Source: an uncultured virus (IMG/VR IMGVR_UViG_3300042558_001076)
Taxonomy: Duplodnaviria > Heunggongvirae > Uroviricota > Caudoviricetes
Reading direction: 5' to 3' (one strand)
Length of the DNA: 64,000 nucleotides
IMG/VR virus record: IMGVR_UViG_3300042558_001076
In this document: piece by piece, positions 20,316 to 30,630 of the stretch
Layout of the letters: each line of letters opens with the position of its first letter
How positions within the stretch are numbered: the stretch's first letter is position 1
The notes under the pieces: model-generated
What the model was told of the DNA's origin: nothing
What the model saw: the letters and a program-made list of their open reading frames with translations, nothing else
The model's database searches: none
Made by a program: the position numbers and the translations under genes

Positions 20316-23300
20316 TTATAAACAATCTTTTCCTTTAGATTCAAGCAACTTAAGTCTACGTAGTTGGTCAAATAAGTCTTTAACGTCTTTCATATTCTCT
20401 GGTCTTGTAAACTCAGCTTCTTTAGCTTTCTGGGTGTACTCTGGTTTAGCTGCTTCAGTTTCTGTAGTTTGCTCTTCCATATCACTTTCAAATTCAAATG
20501 GCTGTTCTTCTGTAGCAACAGTAATCTCATCAGGGATAATAGCTGTTTTACCACCTATCTCTAAAATGTCCCCACTCTTAATAATTACATTACCTGAGTC
20601 AGTCTTAACTATCAAGTCACCATTAGCCATTTCATTTATTACTTGGCCTTTTACTTCTGCACCTGTAGCGTCCTTACCTAATACGTTAGCCCCAACTATA
20701 GTTTCTTTTTGTGGCTCTTCAGTTTTAACTTCTTCTACAACTTCTACCGCAGCAACAGGTTTACCTTCTACTTGACCTACAACTTCAAATCCTTCTTCAG
20801 TTCTAGCTTCTTTCTCTGCTTGTTGTTTCTTAGCTTCTTTTACTATCTCTGCTCTTCTATCTATCTCTGCTTTGTTTCTATTATAGTAATCTTGTTCAGC
20901 TTTATTTTTAGCAAATGCTAACTTACCTTTACTTGCTACTCTTTCAGCAAATTGGTTAAGCTTCATTTCTTTATTGCTATTTCTTTTTTCTTCTCTTAAC
21001 TTTTTTTCTTCAGCTGCTTTTGCCTCAGCTTGTCTTTTTGTTTCAATGTCAGCAAAGGTAATAACGTCATCTTTTAACATACCTTTTCTTTCCATTATCT
21101 TTAATGCACCATTAATGTATCCTTCAACTCTTCCTTGGTCATTATAACTAGGTAATAACCCATTATGAAGTGCGCTAGCTAAATCTTCTTTAGGTACGCC
21201 CATTTTTCTCAAGAAGTCTACAGCAGCTTTAAAAGCTTCAAACTCTGGGTTCTTCCCATATACCTTTCTGCCATTAGCATCTACAGTAGAGTTTAGGGTT
21301 TTAACAAAATCATTTAAAGCTTTTACTTTCTCTGACTCTGGTAGTGTATTATAATATTCTAAAAACGTCTTAATCTTTTCAGCAGCTGTTACTGTAGTAT
21401 TAGTAGCCTCATCAATAAAAGCACCTTCTACATTGCCATCTAATACGTCAGTAGCATCAACGTCTTCATCGTTATCAGCAATCTTTGTTTTAGTATCTTG
21501 GAATACTTTACTTGTAGCCTGTTTAATGTTCATGTCAACAGGTATTTCCTCTACGCCTAATTGAGTAGCAGCTTCAGGAGTACCAGGAACTTTTATGTTA
21601 TCCCAGTATTGTCTTTGCACTTCAGGGTCTGAGTCATGCATATCCGATACATTCTTAGCTGCTTCAGCAAATGTAATAGGTCTTAATACTTCAAAAGAAT
21701 TATCTACGTTACCTAATCTACCTCTTCTTGCTTCAACGATAGCTTGAGCAACTCTCTTACGGCCATCAATTATATTGCCATTCTCATCTAAAACAATTGG
21801 CATTGTTGTTTCTTCTCCAGTAACCTTTAAACTTCCAGACTCTATATCTTTGATATGTTTCTTAACAATAGGGTCGTTTTCAAATCTTAATGGGTTAGCA
21901 ACTTCGGAGAAAAACCCTAATGGAATTTCAGCCATAGACCTAACTTGGAAAGGTTTTAATCTTCCGTCAGGTGAAGCATCAGAAGCCTTTTGTACAACTT
22001 CATTAGAAGTAACTAATCTACCTCTAAATGCATTGCCATCTTGTATCTTTTTAATATCTCGAGATACAGTATTTATTTGATTAGAAATTGCCTCCATCTT
22101 ATCGGCAGCTTCTGTATTTCTTACAGGTATAATGTTCTCTGCACTTACAGGTGCATCAATACCAGATACTTTAAATTGGATATTACCATCAGGTCCTTCA
22201 TTAATAGACTCAACAGTAGCATTGCTTGTAATAACTTTTCCGTTGTTGTCTCTTACTTGAACTTCTTCTCCTTCTGATAAGCTTGTAGACATTTGCTTAG
22301 CAGCTTGGTTTCTTTTGTTGATTAAGTCTTCTCTTTCTGCTGAAGCAAACACATAGTTACCAAAATACTTTTTATTAAATCTAGGGTTGTTTTCCATAGA
22401 TACCATAGCATCTGTAACATATGGTTGTATTTTGTTTAATAATGAAATTGCTTTTCTTCCTTGTTCTGGCGATACAACTCCACTATTTATCTCTCTTGAT
22501 ATTTGCGTTACACTATTGGCAAAGTTCTTAGGAGAAGCCATATCAGCAACAGTATTTGTATAGTAACTGTTGTTGTTTTTGAACATTCTACCAGCACCTT
22601 TATAATCCATTAACCCATGGAGTGCGGCCATAGACAAGAAGCTTTTACCATACTCTTTCATTGCTTCTTTTGATAAGTACTCTTCTGGCTCTAATTGTAT
22701 ATCAGCAGCTTGAAAAGGTATATCCAAATCACCTACTTTATAAGTACCATCTTCAAATACGCCTGTAATCTTTTCTTTTACAACTTGGTTATTAGGTAAC
22801 TTGGCAGTTACTAAATCACCTTGCATAGGTATTCTATTTTCAGCGTACAAGTCTTTTGCTACTTTCTCCCCTACGGTTGCTAATGCACCTGAAGTACCAC
22901 TCATTGCAGCTCCTGTACCAAAATTTAACATTTGTCTAGTTGTAGACAAGTTCTTAGGGTTAAGTATAAACTTAGATAATGTATTCTTGTATGGGTTTAA
23001 ATTAAGGAAAGACCCAGGAAGAGAAAAGGCAAATGTTGTTGCCAAACCATTAGCTGTAGCAAACTTATGAGCATCTTCTTCAGATAGCCCCATCTTATCA
23101 GCTTGTTCTAAAGACTCACCTTTTGTTAGGTAGAATACTTTAGGAAACTGATTCATAAAATTGCTAGTTAAATTAATACCCCATCTTCCTAATTTGCTAG
23201 TAGCTATATCAGCAGTTAAAGCACCGATACCCTCAACAGGAATAGTGTATGGGGCAATAGTAGATGCAATCCCTGTTATGCCTTGAGCAAAACCTTTAGG

Positions 23301-24014
23301 GCTAACACTACCAGTCTTCTCATCAATAATAGGTACTTGTTCAACGTCTTTAATAAACTCTTGCTTAACTCTCTCTGCTGGCTTAGTAAATATACCTTTC
23401 TCTGCTTTGTTTATCTTGCTAACAGCTTCTTGTACATCGTAGTCTTCTAATGACTCTTGATTTTTTTGTAATTCAGCTTTTGCTCTACCAACATCAGATA
23501 GAAAAGAACCAATACCTTGCCAAACTTTACCTGCTGTTTTAACTAAGAAATCACCAGCGTATTTGGTAAATGGGTCATATTGTTCTTGTTTATTGGCTTC
23601 TGCAATCTCAGGCTCAAATTTAAACTCTCTTTGAGGGCTATAATCTACCTCTTCAACTGGACCAACAAATCTTTTCTTTTTCTCTGCAGTAACTTTAACT
23701 TCTGGTGCTGTATACTCTATAGGTTGATTTAATGAAGATATAGGCATACCAGAAAGATGCATTAAAGCATTATGGTATTGTGGGCTTGCTTGGGTTTTTA
23801 AATCTGTCCAAGATGAATTAATTAATTTAGAGGAACTTTTATCTAACTCGCCTTTCTTCCAACCCATGTAGTCTTTTGCAAGAGCGTCCATTCTATTGTT
23901 AAAATCAGGACTCTCGTAATCTAACTTACCATATTGGTCAATATATGCTTGGTTAATTAAATCTTGGTCATCGTCATTTAATACAACGCCATTAATAACT
24001 ATTTTATCTTGCAT
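20316..24014 (-). CDS. large virion cargo/ejection protein with a ParB-like domain
   Basis: 1232 aa; amphipathic Gly/Ala region and MPIVLDENGNIIDGRKR ParB/Srx-like motif. Confidence 0.55.
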   Translation of the reverse strand: MQDKIVINGVVLNDDDQDLINQAYIDQYGKLDYESPDFNNRMDALAKDYMGWKKGELDKSSSKLINSSWTDLKTQASPQYHNALMHLSGMPISSLNQPIEYTAPEVKVTAEKKKRFVGPVEEVDYSPQREFKFEPEIAEANKQEQYDPFTKYAGDFLVKTAGKVWQGIGSFLSDVGRAKAELQKNQESLEDYDVQEAVSKINKAEKGIFTKPAERVKQEFIKDVEQVPIIDEKTGSVSPKGFAQGITGIASTIAPYTIPVEGIGALTADIATSKLGRWGINLTSNFMNQFPKVFYLTKGESLEQADKMGLSEEDAHKFATANGLATTFAFSLPGSFLNLNPYKNTLSKFILNPKNLSTTRQMLNFGTGAAMSGTSGALATVGEKVAKDLYAENRIPMQGDLVTAKLPNNQVVKEKITGVFEDGTYKVGDLDIPFQAADIQLEPEEYLSKEAMKEYGKSFLSMAALHGLMDYKGAGRMFKNNNSYYTNTVADMASPKNFANSVTQISREINSGVVSPEQGRKAISLLNKIQPYVTDAMVSMENNPRFNKKYFGNYVFASAEREDLINKRNQAAKQMSTSLSEGEEVQVRDNNGKVITSNATVESINEGPDGNIQFKVSGIDAPVSAENIIPVRNTEAADKMEAISNQINTVSRDIKKIQDGNAFRGRLVTSNEVVQKASDASPDGRLKPFQVRSMAEIPLGFFSEVANPLRFENDPIVKKHIKDIESGSLKVTGEETTMPIVLDENGNIIDGRKRVAQAIVEARRGRLGNVDNSFEVLRPITFAEAAKNVSDMHDSDPEVQRQYWDNIKVPGTPEAATQLGVEEIPVDMNIKQATSKVFQDTKTKIADNDEDVDATDVLDGNVEGAFIDEATNTTVTAAEKIKTFLEYYNTLPESEKVKALNDFVKTLNSTVDANGRKVYGKNPEFEAFKAAVDFLRKMGVPKEDLASALHNGLLPSYNDQGRVEGYINGALKIMERKGMLKDDVITFADIETKRQAEAKAAEEKKLREEKRNSNKEMKLNQFAERVASKGKLAFAKNKAEQDYYNRNKAEIDRRAEIVKEAKKQQAEKEARTEEGFEVVGQVEGKPVAAVEVVEEVKTEEPQKETIVGANVLGKDATGAEVKGQVINEMANGDLIVKTDSGNVIIKSGDILEIGGKTAIIPDEITVATEEQPFEFESDMEEQTTETEAAKPEYTQKAKEAEFTRPENMKDVKDLFDQLRRLKLLESKGKDCL

Positions 24015-24025
24015 TAAAGTGATTT

Positions 24026-25666
24026 TTATTTTTTAACTTTTGCTTTTGCTTTTGCTTCTTCAGCATCTTTTTGTTTTTTTGCCCAGTTTACACCAGAAGG
24101 TGCAGCAGTAGTAACACTTGCAGCTGTTGTAGTAACAGGGGCAGTAGAACCAGCTTTAACATCTCTACTTGTTTTCTCCATTGTTCTAGTATCTGTTCTG
24201 CCACTTGTAGAAGGGAAATTAAAATACCAATCTACACTTGGAACTTTATAGAAGTGTCCTTTCTTCCAACCCTTTCTATCAGCTTCTTTAGATAATGCTG
24301 TTTGTACAGAGTTAGCACCTTTAGTTTCTTCAACTGAGAAGTAATCTTGGCCAGTAGTTTCATCTTTCCATATTTTGAAAGAAATGTTACTTGCGTCTTT
24401 TAATAAGTCTGAACCAGATTTAGAAGTTATATCATGAAGTTTACCCATGTCAACCCCAGAAGGTAGGTTTTGTTCTGAGTAGTTTGCTTTACTTGGAGTA
24501 GGGTAATTACCTATTTGCGGGTATGATTTACCATATAAAGACATCAAATAGTCTAAGCTATCTTTTGTTTTATCTTCTTTATCACCTCTAGCTCTAGCTG
24601 TCATTCTATCAAACAACTCTTTATCATTAGGGTCAACTCTTGTTTCTTCTTTGAAAGGTTTAGGTAGCTTTTTAGAAAAGTCAGCTATAACGTAATCATT
24701 AAATTGATTTTTGTCTAAGTTTGTAAAAGCTTCTTGACCTTCAGGTGTGTCTTTCAACATTCTTGCATGGTGTTGAATTGCCATTCTGGAAATAGGTTCT
24801 TTGGTTAGTAATTGTTTCATATTTTCAGAAGCAACAGTATATTCACCACCATCTTTACCTTTAATAGAAACAACGTCTAATACAGGGTCTTTCTGTCCCT
24901 CAACTACTTTATAATAAGAAGGCATCTTATAAATATCATTCATAAGAATACCATTTTGTCTATACTTTACAGGGATAGGTTGAACCATATCTGGCTTAAA
25001 CTTAGTAATAACCAGGTTTTCAGTTCTAGTAGGGTCGTAAAAGTCAGCAGCATATTCAGCTGAGTCAGCACCACTATCTATTGGTTTTTTATTTTTAAAG
25101 TCATAGTGACCTGATAATATTGCATCTAACGTGGCATCTTCTGCATTTAAAGAACCTGTAACTTTATTGTTAGCGTCAAATGCCAACCCGTCAATGATTG
25201 CATTTCTTACAGCAGGAACATTCAAAGCCCCTCCTAATTCTTGGTTCTTTTTAGCAATATACTCGTCAACTTTTTTTAACCCAGATGCAACACTTTCTTC
25301 TTGGCTTTTTAAAGCTGTAAGTTTTGGGATAACTTGTTGTTTCCAAAGAGGTAAGTTATCTTTATATAATTGAGCATTTTCTGCGTTAAAAGCATCTTGG
25401 TATATCTCCATGCTTTTTTGGTTATACAACTCATCTAACTTAGTACCAGTAGCTAAATTAGCGTTTCTTTGAGCAGTCAATACATCATTTAAAGCTGCGT
25501 TTCTTTCAGCTCTTTCCTTTCTTTCAGCGTCTAATTGTTGTTTAGCATAAGCTCTTTCTAATTGAGTTTGCTTAGCTTCTTGGTTAGCTCTTTGTTGAAA
25601 GACCTCATATATATCACCTTGAGCACCTGCAAAAGCTTTTGCTATTTGTTCTGGAGTAAATGCCAT
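24026..25666 (-). CDS. putative virion cargo/ejection protein
   Basis: 546 aa with coiled-coil N-terminus; first gene after a late motif in the cargo operon. Confidence 0.5.
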   Translation of the reverse strand: MAFTPEQIAKAFAGAQGDIYEVFQQRANQEAKQTQLERAYAKQQLDAERKERAERNAALNDVLTAQRNANLATGTKLDELYNQKSMEIYQDAFNAENAQLYKDNLPLWKQQVIPKLTALKSQEESVASGLKKVDEYIAKKNQELGGALNVPAVRNAIIDGLAFDANNKVTGSLNAEDATLDAILSGHYDFKNKKPIDSGADSAEYAADFYDPTRTENLVITKFKPDMVQPIPVKYRQNGILMNDIYKMPSYYKVVEGQKDPVLDVVSIKGKDGGEYTVASENMKQLLTKEPISRMAIQHHARMLKDTPEGQEAFTNLDKNQFNDYVIADFSKKLPKPFKEETRVDPNDKELFDRMTARARGDKEDKTKDSLDYLMSLYGKSYPQIGNYPTPSKANYSEQNLPSGVDMGKLHDITSKSGSDLLKDASNISFKIWKDETTGQDYFSVEETKGANSVQTALSKEADRKGWKKGHFYKVPSVDWYFNFPSTSGRTDTRTMEKTSRDVKAGSTAPVTTTAASVTTAAPSGVNWAKKQKDAEEAKAKAKVKK

Positions 25667-25682
25667 AATTCGTTATTATGTT

Positions 25683-25694
25683 ATATAATACGTT
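25683..25694 (-). promoter_or_regulatory. late promoter motif AACGTATTATAT
   Basis: exact reverse complement upstream of ORF 24026-25666. Confidence 0.65.
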
Positions 25695-25924
25695 TAAAAG
25701 TCTTCTAAAATACCCTTAATTTCCTTGATTTTGGTTATTTTCATCTTAACCTTATGGAAGTTATCAAAGTACTTTTTAGACTTTCTTTCATAGATTAGGG
25801 CTATAATCCTAGCTTTATTATGGTCGCTATTTAATAGCTCTTCGTCCATAACCATCTTTTCAAAGGTCTTTTTCTCCTTGTTGGGTAGCTCGCAAGCTAC
25901 ATCTACCATATATACTTTTCCCAT
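25694..25924 (-). CDS. hypothetical protein
   Basis: translationally coupled ORF. Confidence 0.55.
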   Translation of the reverse strand: MGKVYMVDVACELPNKEKKTFEKMVMDEELLNSDHNKARIIALIYERKSKKYFDNFHKVKMKITKIKEIKGILEDF

Positions 25925-26334
25925 TATAGTTCAGTTATTATTATTTCCATTGAGTCAATTTTGTTTTTGTGGACTATAGCTTCAATAGATACCGACTTGA
26001 CAAACTTTACGGTGTCATCTTCCAGCTTCCAACCTTTCAATACGTCCATTATAATTTTAAACCAAATGGTCTTATTATCAATGTCATATGCAGTTCTGTT
26101 ACAGTAATACTTCAAGTGGATTGCAACAGGAGGGTTAAGCAAAACTAGTGAAGCCAAATAGGGTTCAATAATCTTTTTCATCTCATTAACAAGTTTAGTC
26201 CTGACCGTGTGGTGAGGACTAGAGAACAGCGTGTTCCAACTAATGTACGCAACCTTGCGTTTAGACTGTTGAACTTTGTTTGGCAGTTCGTGAATGAATA
26301 TTTTATGGATTCTTTTCTTTTCCACTATCATCAA
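25924..26334 (-). CDS. RusA-like Holliday junction resolvase
   Basis: YDIDN..KIIMDVL..WKLEDD..FV motif resembling RusA D.DN..K...D.L......DD. Confidence 0.7.
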   Translation of the reverse strand: MMIVEKKRIHKIFIHELPNKVQQSKRKVAYISWNTLFSSPHHTVRTKLVNEMKKIIEPYLASLVLLNPPVAIHLKYYCNRTAYDIDNKTIWFKIIMDVLKGWKLEDDTVKFVKSVSIEAIVHKNKIDSMEIIITEL

Positions 26335-26551
26335 TTTCTTTTTGTAGCTTTTGTATATACAGCGTTGCGTCCATCAGCTCTTGCTTAAGGTGCTCCAACC
26401 ACTCATGCAAAGATAAGTCATTTCTATCAAGCGTGGTATTATATTTTTTAATACCTAGTTGAGAGCGTTGGAAGTATTGCTCAATTACTGATTGGACTAT
26501 AGTGTCCTCCTGTATATCCAGGTTGTCGTTAGTTGTTGTCTGTGTCCACAT
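26303..26551 (-). CDS. MazG-like nucleotide pyrophosphohydrolase-family protein
   Basis: RSQLGIKKYNTTLDR..EWLEHLKQELMDATLY all-alpha NTP-PPase-type motif. Confidence 0.55.
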   Translation of the reverse strand: MWTQTTTNDNLDIQEDTIVQSVIEQYFQRSQLGIKKYNTTLDRNDLSLHEWLEHLKQELMDATLYIQKLQKEIDDSGKEKNP

Positions 26552-26553
26552 AG

Positions 26554-26781
26554 TTAATTATTAAATCTTTCTTCATAATATTTATCAAAGCTTTGATTTT
26601 TAGGCTCACTTATTGAAATTATATAAGCTGCTGCTTTATGCCACCAATCTTCTGCTGTCTCATTATGCTGTTCCTTTTCTTTCTCTTTAGCCTTCTCTAA
26701 TATAGTGTGCCAAGTTAGCTTATCCTTTGGTTCTTCCCAAAGCTTTTCAAATAAGTATTCTACTGCTGTTTGTTGTTTCAT
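26554..26781 (-). CDS. hypothetical protein
   Basis: intact ORF starting MKQQTAVE. Confidence 0.55.
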   Translation of the reverse strand: MKQQTAVEYLFEKLWEEPKDKLTWHTILEKAKEKEKEQHNETAEDWWHKAAAYIISISEPKNQSFDKYYEERFNN

Positions 26782-26822
26782 ATGTTAATATCTTGTGATT
26801 TATTTTTGGAAAATTTCATGCA

Positions 26823-28670
26823 CTATAACCACCCATCATCACTACTACCTTTCTTTCCCTTAACCTCTACAGTCCTTGGGTCGGTATCGCTCTCTGTCAT
26901 AAGCAAAGTCTTTTGGTCAAAGTCATATACCACATTGGTATAGTTACCAGACCCACGCTTATTGTAGCATCTAATATAACCTTGGTCTTTACTATACTCT
27001 GTCAAGTTATCTAATGTCTTCTCTTGGTCTACAATTTGGGATAAATAAATAGCACAATCACTATTGTCAATTACTTTCTCGCTACCTCTAATCTTATTGC
27101 GCAAGTCACGAGCATCTAACGCCTCACCTCTTGACGCATGAACGATAAGAAAGACAGCTATGTTGAACTCAATAGCTAACTCCTTAAGTTCCTTGGTATG
27201 TTTGTTTGCTGCTGCTAATTCGCTCTCACCACCATTCATCATAGACAACCCATCAACTACCAATAAGTCTACACGACCTAAACGCTCACGAGTATCTATC
27301 AATGCTTGTCGGTAATGGCTACTATCCATAGAGCCATCGGAAGATACCATAAGGCGACTACCATACATCTCTACAATGTTCTTCTGAATGAACTCGCGTG
27401 CTGCTTGTTTCTCTGCTTGGTAAGCTTTTCTTACTGCCTCACTAACCGAGCCTTGGTAATCTTTATTATTAAATGATTGGGATATAGTTCTGTCTAATAC
27501 GGTAGATGAACTCATCTCCATAGAACTATATAGACCTACTTGCTTGCCTTCTCTAATGTTCTGTAACAATACTTGCTGACAGAATAAAGACTTCTTAGAA
27601 CCTGCGTAACCTGCTACAACGATTAGCTTACCACGAAGCTTTCCTTTCATATCCTCGTCAATACGCTTGAACCCTGTCCATATAGGGTTGGTCTCATCAA
27701 GTTGTTCTTGTTCCCATTCAGGTAATAAATCACTAAGTGGTTTGAACATAGCCTTCTTGCTTGAGCCTTTACGTCTTAGCTTCTCTTGGGCATGACGCAT
27801 AATCAACTGCATCTCTGCATCAGGGATAGGGTTGCCAGATAATTGATTAGCGTTCTGTACGATTTGGTACACAGCATCAGGATATAAACCTTTCTCCAAC
27901 AACATAGTCGCTTGAGCAAAGTATTTGGTATTACGTCCACCTTCTGTTGCAGGGGCAAAGAAGCTATCCATATTCTCTACGCCTAAATCTACAACAGCAT
28001 CACGTTGAGCAACTGACTCCCATAGGTCAGCTAACTTTTGATTGAACTTAGGGTTGTAGGTCTTAGATAGTTTCCAATCGGTGCGTGGTACTTTAGCCAA
28101 TTCTCTAACGCCAGTATCACCAAGTTCCATAACCTCATCGTAACCTATTGGTATCTTGAATAACCCTGACTTCATGTTCTTAGAGTTAACCAATCTGAAG
28201 ATACGCGTAGCATCATAGATAGCCGTATCAATGTCAGCTACTTGGCTACCTACTTTAATCTTCATTACGAAGTCCTTAACGAATTGGTTAAGTACCTCTG
28301 AACCTTTAATCTCCCCTAACATAATTTCTGGTATCTCTACGTGGTAACCCTTGTTGCCACTAAAGTATATCTTTAAATCATCAGGGTGGATTTTGTATTC
28401 AGAGTTAAGGTAACGGATAAGTTTGATTAAGCTATTCCGTGCTTCAGCGCCATTAGTGGCATTGTCGATGTCCAGGTATATGCTATTGGTGTAAAGTTTC
28501 CCATTGAATCCACTAACACCACCTTGTAGGTGAACGTACTCGTGGATATCTGCACTATATTGAAAAAGACTTTGATAGGCTTCGTAGTCTCTAGGCTCAT
28601 AGGTAATTTCGTTTATTGGAACGATTGTGTTCCTATTGTGAAGTGATTTTAATACTAATTCTTTATACAT
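26823..28670 (-). CDS. primase-helicase (AEP-type primase plus DnaB-like helicase)
   Basis: YLDID, YFSGNKGYHV and RIFRL AEP motifs; EGGRN PriCT-like segment; AGYAGSKKS Walker A-like, SMEM and VVDGL DnaB motifs. Confidence 0.85.
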   Translation of the reverse strand: MYKELVLKSLHNRNTIVPINEITYEPRDYEAYQSLFQYSADIHEYVHLQGGVSGFNGKLYTNSIYLDIDNATNGAEARNSLIKLIRYLNSEYKIHPDDLKIYFSGNKGYHVEIPEIMLGEIKGSEVLNQFVKDFVMKIKVGSQVADIDTAIYDATRIFRLVNSKNMKSGLFKIPIGYDEVMELGDTGVRELAKVPRTDWKLSKTYNPKFNQKLADLWESVAQRDAVVDLGVENMDSFFAPATEGGRNTKYFAQATMLLEKGLYPDAVYQIVQNANQLSGNPIPDAEMQLIMRHAQEKLRRKGSSKKAMFKPLSDLLPEWEQEQLDETNPIWTGFKRIDEDMKGKLRGKLIVVAGYAGSKKSLFCQQVLLQNIREGKQVGLYSSMEMSSSTVLDRTISQSFNNKDYQGSVSEAVRKAYQAEKQAAREFIQKNIVEMYGSRLMVSSDGSMDSSHYRQALIDTRERLGRVDLLVVDGLSMMNGGESELAAANKHTKELKELAIEFNIAVFLIVHASRGEALDARDLRNKIRGSEKVIDNSDCAIYLSQIVDQEKTLDNLTEYSKDQGYIRCYNKRGSGNYTNVVYDFDQKTLLMTESDTDPRTVEVKGKKGSSDDGWL

Positions 28671-28683
28671 GGTACAGATTTAA

Positions 28684-28704
28684 AAGGGGACGAATGTCCC
28701 CCTT
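28684..28704 (-). terminator. intrinsic terminator-like hairpin
   Basis: GGGGAC-GAAT-GTCCCC stem with TTTT on the minus strand. Confidence 0.55.
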
Positions 28705-28729
28705 GATTTGAGTTGTGTTGTTGTAAATC

Positions 28730-29059
28730 CTATTTCTTTTGACCTTTTAAAAGTTCCTCTGCGTAATCTTCTAATACTACTCTGTTGGCCTCAGATAAAG
28801 TAAGATAGATGTTAGCTATAGAGTCTACGGCTGGTGCGTTGTCCATATCTTTAACGTAAGCATCTCTTACGCTAGGTGATACCACCATGCCCATGTCTCT
28901 GAGTACTGCTTTTAACTTATTGCTATTGGTTTTGATGAAGTGTTTATCATCAAACTTAACACCGCTTTCTACAATAAAGAAGTCAAAGTATTCACTTGCT
29001 AGTTTAGTATATATCAAAGCGCGTGCCAAAGCCGATACGGCTGACTTATTTTCAGACAT
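28730..29059 (-). CDS. hypothetical protein
   Basis: intact coupled ORF. Confidence 0.55.
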   Translation of the reverse strand: MSENKSAVSALARALIYTKLASEYFDFFIVESGVKFDDKHFIKTNSNKLKAVLRDMGMVVSPSVRDAYVKDMDNAPAVDSIANIYLTLSEANRVVLEDYAEELLKGQKK

Positions 29060-29190
29060 TATAATTTAAGTTTAAGTTTTAACATTAGTTCTCTTATCTC
29101 TCTTTTGAGGTCTTGCTCTATCTTAGCGTGGCGTTCTAGCTGTTTGCATATTTCTTCTATGCGTCTAGCTGTGTCATTAATTGAGGTCAT
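29059..29190 (-). CDS. small coiled-coil protein (43 aa, not in ORF track)
   Basis: MTSINDTARRIEEICKQLERH...KLKL* fills the gap and overlaps both neighbours. Confidence 0.5.
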   Translation of the reverse strand: MTSINDTARRIEEICKQLERHAKIEQDLKREIRELMLKLKLKL

Positions 29191-29566
29191 GGTCTTTAAT
29201 TATTAGTTCTATAATATTGTTATAATCATCTGCAATTTTGTCTTCGTACTTAATCCTATCACTTATAATTCTTATGCCATGAAGGGCAGTAGTATGGTCT
29301 TGGGTTGCAGGTTTGTAATAGTCAGCACACTCTTTAAGGGACATCGATGTATAACTATGGAGAATTTTAAAAGCCATTTGTCTAGCTATTACATGGGTTT
29401 GTCTTCTAGTCTTTTCTCTCAAATCAATACCACCGTAATACTTACTGATAGATTTTGTTACTGTTTCTGCATCAAGCGACTTTCTTTTAGTAAAGTATGG
29501 TCTATGACATTCAGTACAAATATAAACCTTTGGGTCTTCTTTAAACGACTCTAATATTTCTTCCAT
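29177..29566 (-). CDS. DnaA domain IV-like HTH protein
   Basis: KTRRQTHVIARQMAF..SLKE..DHTTALHG matches the DnaA C-terminal signature. Confidence 0.8.
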   Translation of the reverse strand: MEEILESFKEDPKVYICTECHRPYFTKRKSLDAETVTKSISKYYGGIDLREKTRRQTHVIARQMAFKILHSYTSMSLKECADYYKPATQDHTTALHGIRIISDRIKYEDKIADDYNNIIELIIKDHDLN

Positions 29567-29568
29567 TG

Positions 29569-30630
29569 TTATTTCTTTTTAGTTAAATCAAAATAGTAAT
29601 CTGTATGGGATATCTCCCCACTATACTTAGGGATAATCTGGATAGAGAACCCACAATACCCATCTCCAAAATTATGCTGAACCCAAGCAGAGGGGGGAGC
29701 AAAACTCATGAAGTTTCTATAATCAAACTTCTTAGTTCTATCATATCCTATCCTATGTAGGTCGCCTTTCTCAAGATGAATGAACTTGTTATCTATACCG
29801 AAGTGGTCAATGTATTCGTTAATGAACGCTACGGTCTTATCATTCAATTGATATGGCAATCCTTTGAACATGTACTTATTGTCCTTACCATGGGTAATAA
29901 TAAATGCATGGTCGCCATAGGTGAAGTGACTCATGAACTTCTCAAGGATATAGAAATCAACTACCGACTCTTCATATACTCGGTCAAGTATCATCTTGAT
30001 AGCCATATTAGATATAGAAGCAAAGCTACCAGCGTGGTTATCGTTGCATACGTTTCTAATTAGGAACTTGTTAGCAACGCCTTCATCTATACATCTTTCT
30101 ATTAAAGAAAGCTTAGCAGACACGAAGGTTTCAAACGCTTCAGTAGAACTCATGTTCTGTTCTAAGTCATGACCACCTCGAGTTGTCTTGCCCTCGTAAC
30201 CATCTAGCCCATCACCTAAGTCATCAATTATCAACAAATCAAAAGTGCCGTTGCTGTTGTAATGATGAAGTATTCGACTATAGACATAGTCAATGTTGTG
30301 GTAGAATATATCTCTGTTGTAAGAGTATTCAAACATACCACCATTCTTAGGGTTAGGTTCAAGACCTACGTGCATATCACTAAGGGTTACCTTAATGGCT
30401 ACAGGTGTGTCAAGTTGTTTGATTACTTTGGGTTTGCGTATACCACCTTTAAGGTAGGTCTCACAAATCTTTTCTATGGATTGCAAGAATGAAGTAGCCC
30501 TATCGTATGGGTTAAGAGCATTGATAGAAAAGTGTTCACCTTTATACCAATAATGCTTAACCGATGTTATAGGTATACCTACTGCATCACACTCTTGTTC
30601 GATAGCTAATTTTATATCTTGTTCTTTCAT
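29569..30630 (-). CDS. calcineurin-like metallophosphoesterase
   Basis: SDMHVG, LGDGLDG, NDNH, THG and GDLH motifs; start reassigned to ATG 30630. Confidence 0.75.
   Translation of the reverse strand: MKEQDIKLAIEQECDAVGIPITSVKHYWYKGEHFSINALNPYDRATSFLQSIEKICETYLKGGIRKPKVIKQLDTPVAIKVTLSDMHVGLEPNPKNGGMFEYSYNRDIFYHNIDYVYSRILHHYNSNGTFDLLIIDDLGDGLDGYEGKTTRGGHDLEQNMSSTEAFETFVSAKLSLIERCIDEGVANKFLIRNVCNDNHAGSFASISNMAIKMILDRVYEESVVDFYILEKFMSHFTYGDHAFIITHGKDNKYMFKGLPYQLNDKTVAFINEYIDHFGIDNKFIHLEKGDLHRIGYDRTKKFDYRNFMSFAPPSAWVQHNFGDGYCGFSIQIIPKYSGEISHTDYYFDLTKKK

Noticed and set aside
14611..24014. crAss-type virion RNA polymerase
   Set aside because: No DxDxD catalytic motif in a plausible context was seen in either large protein
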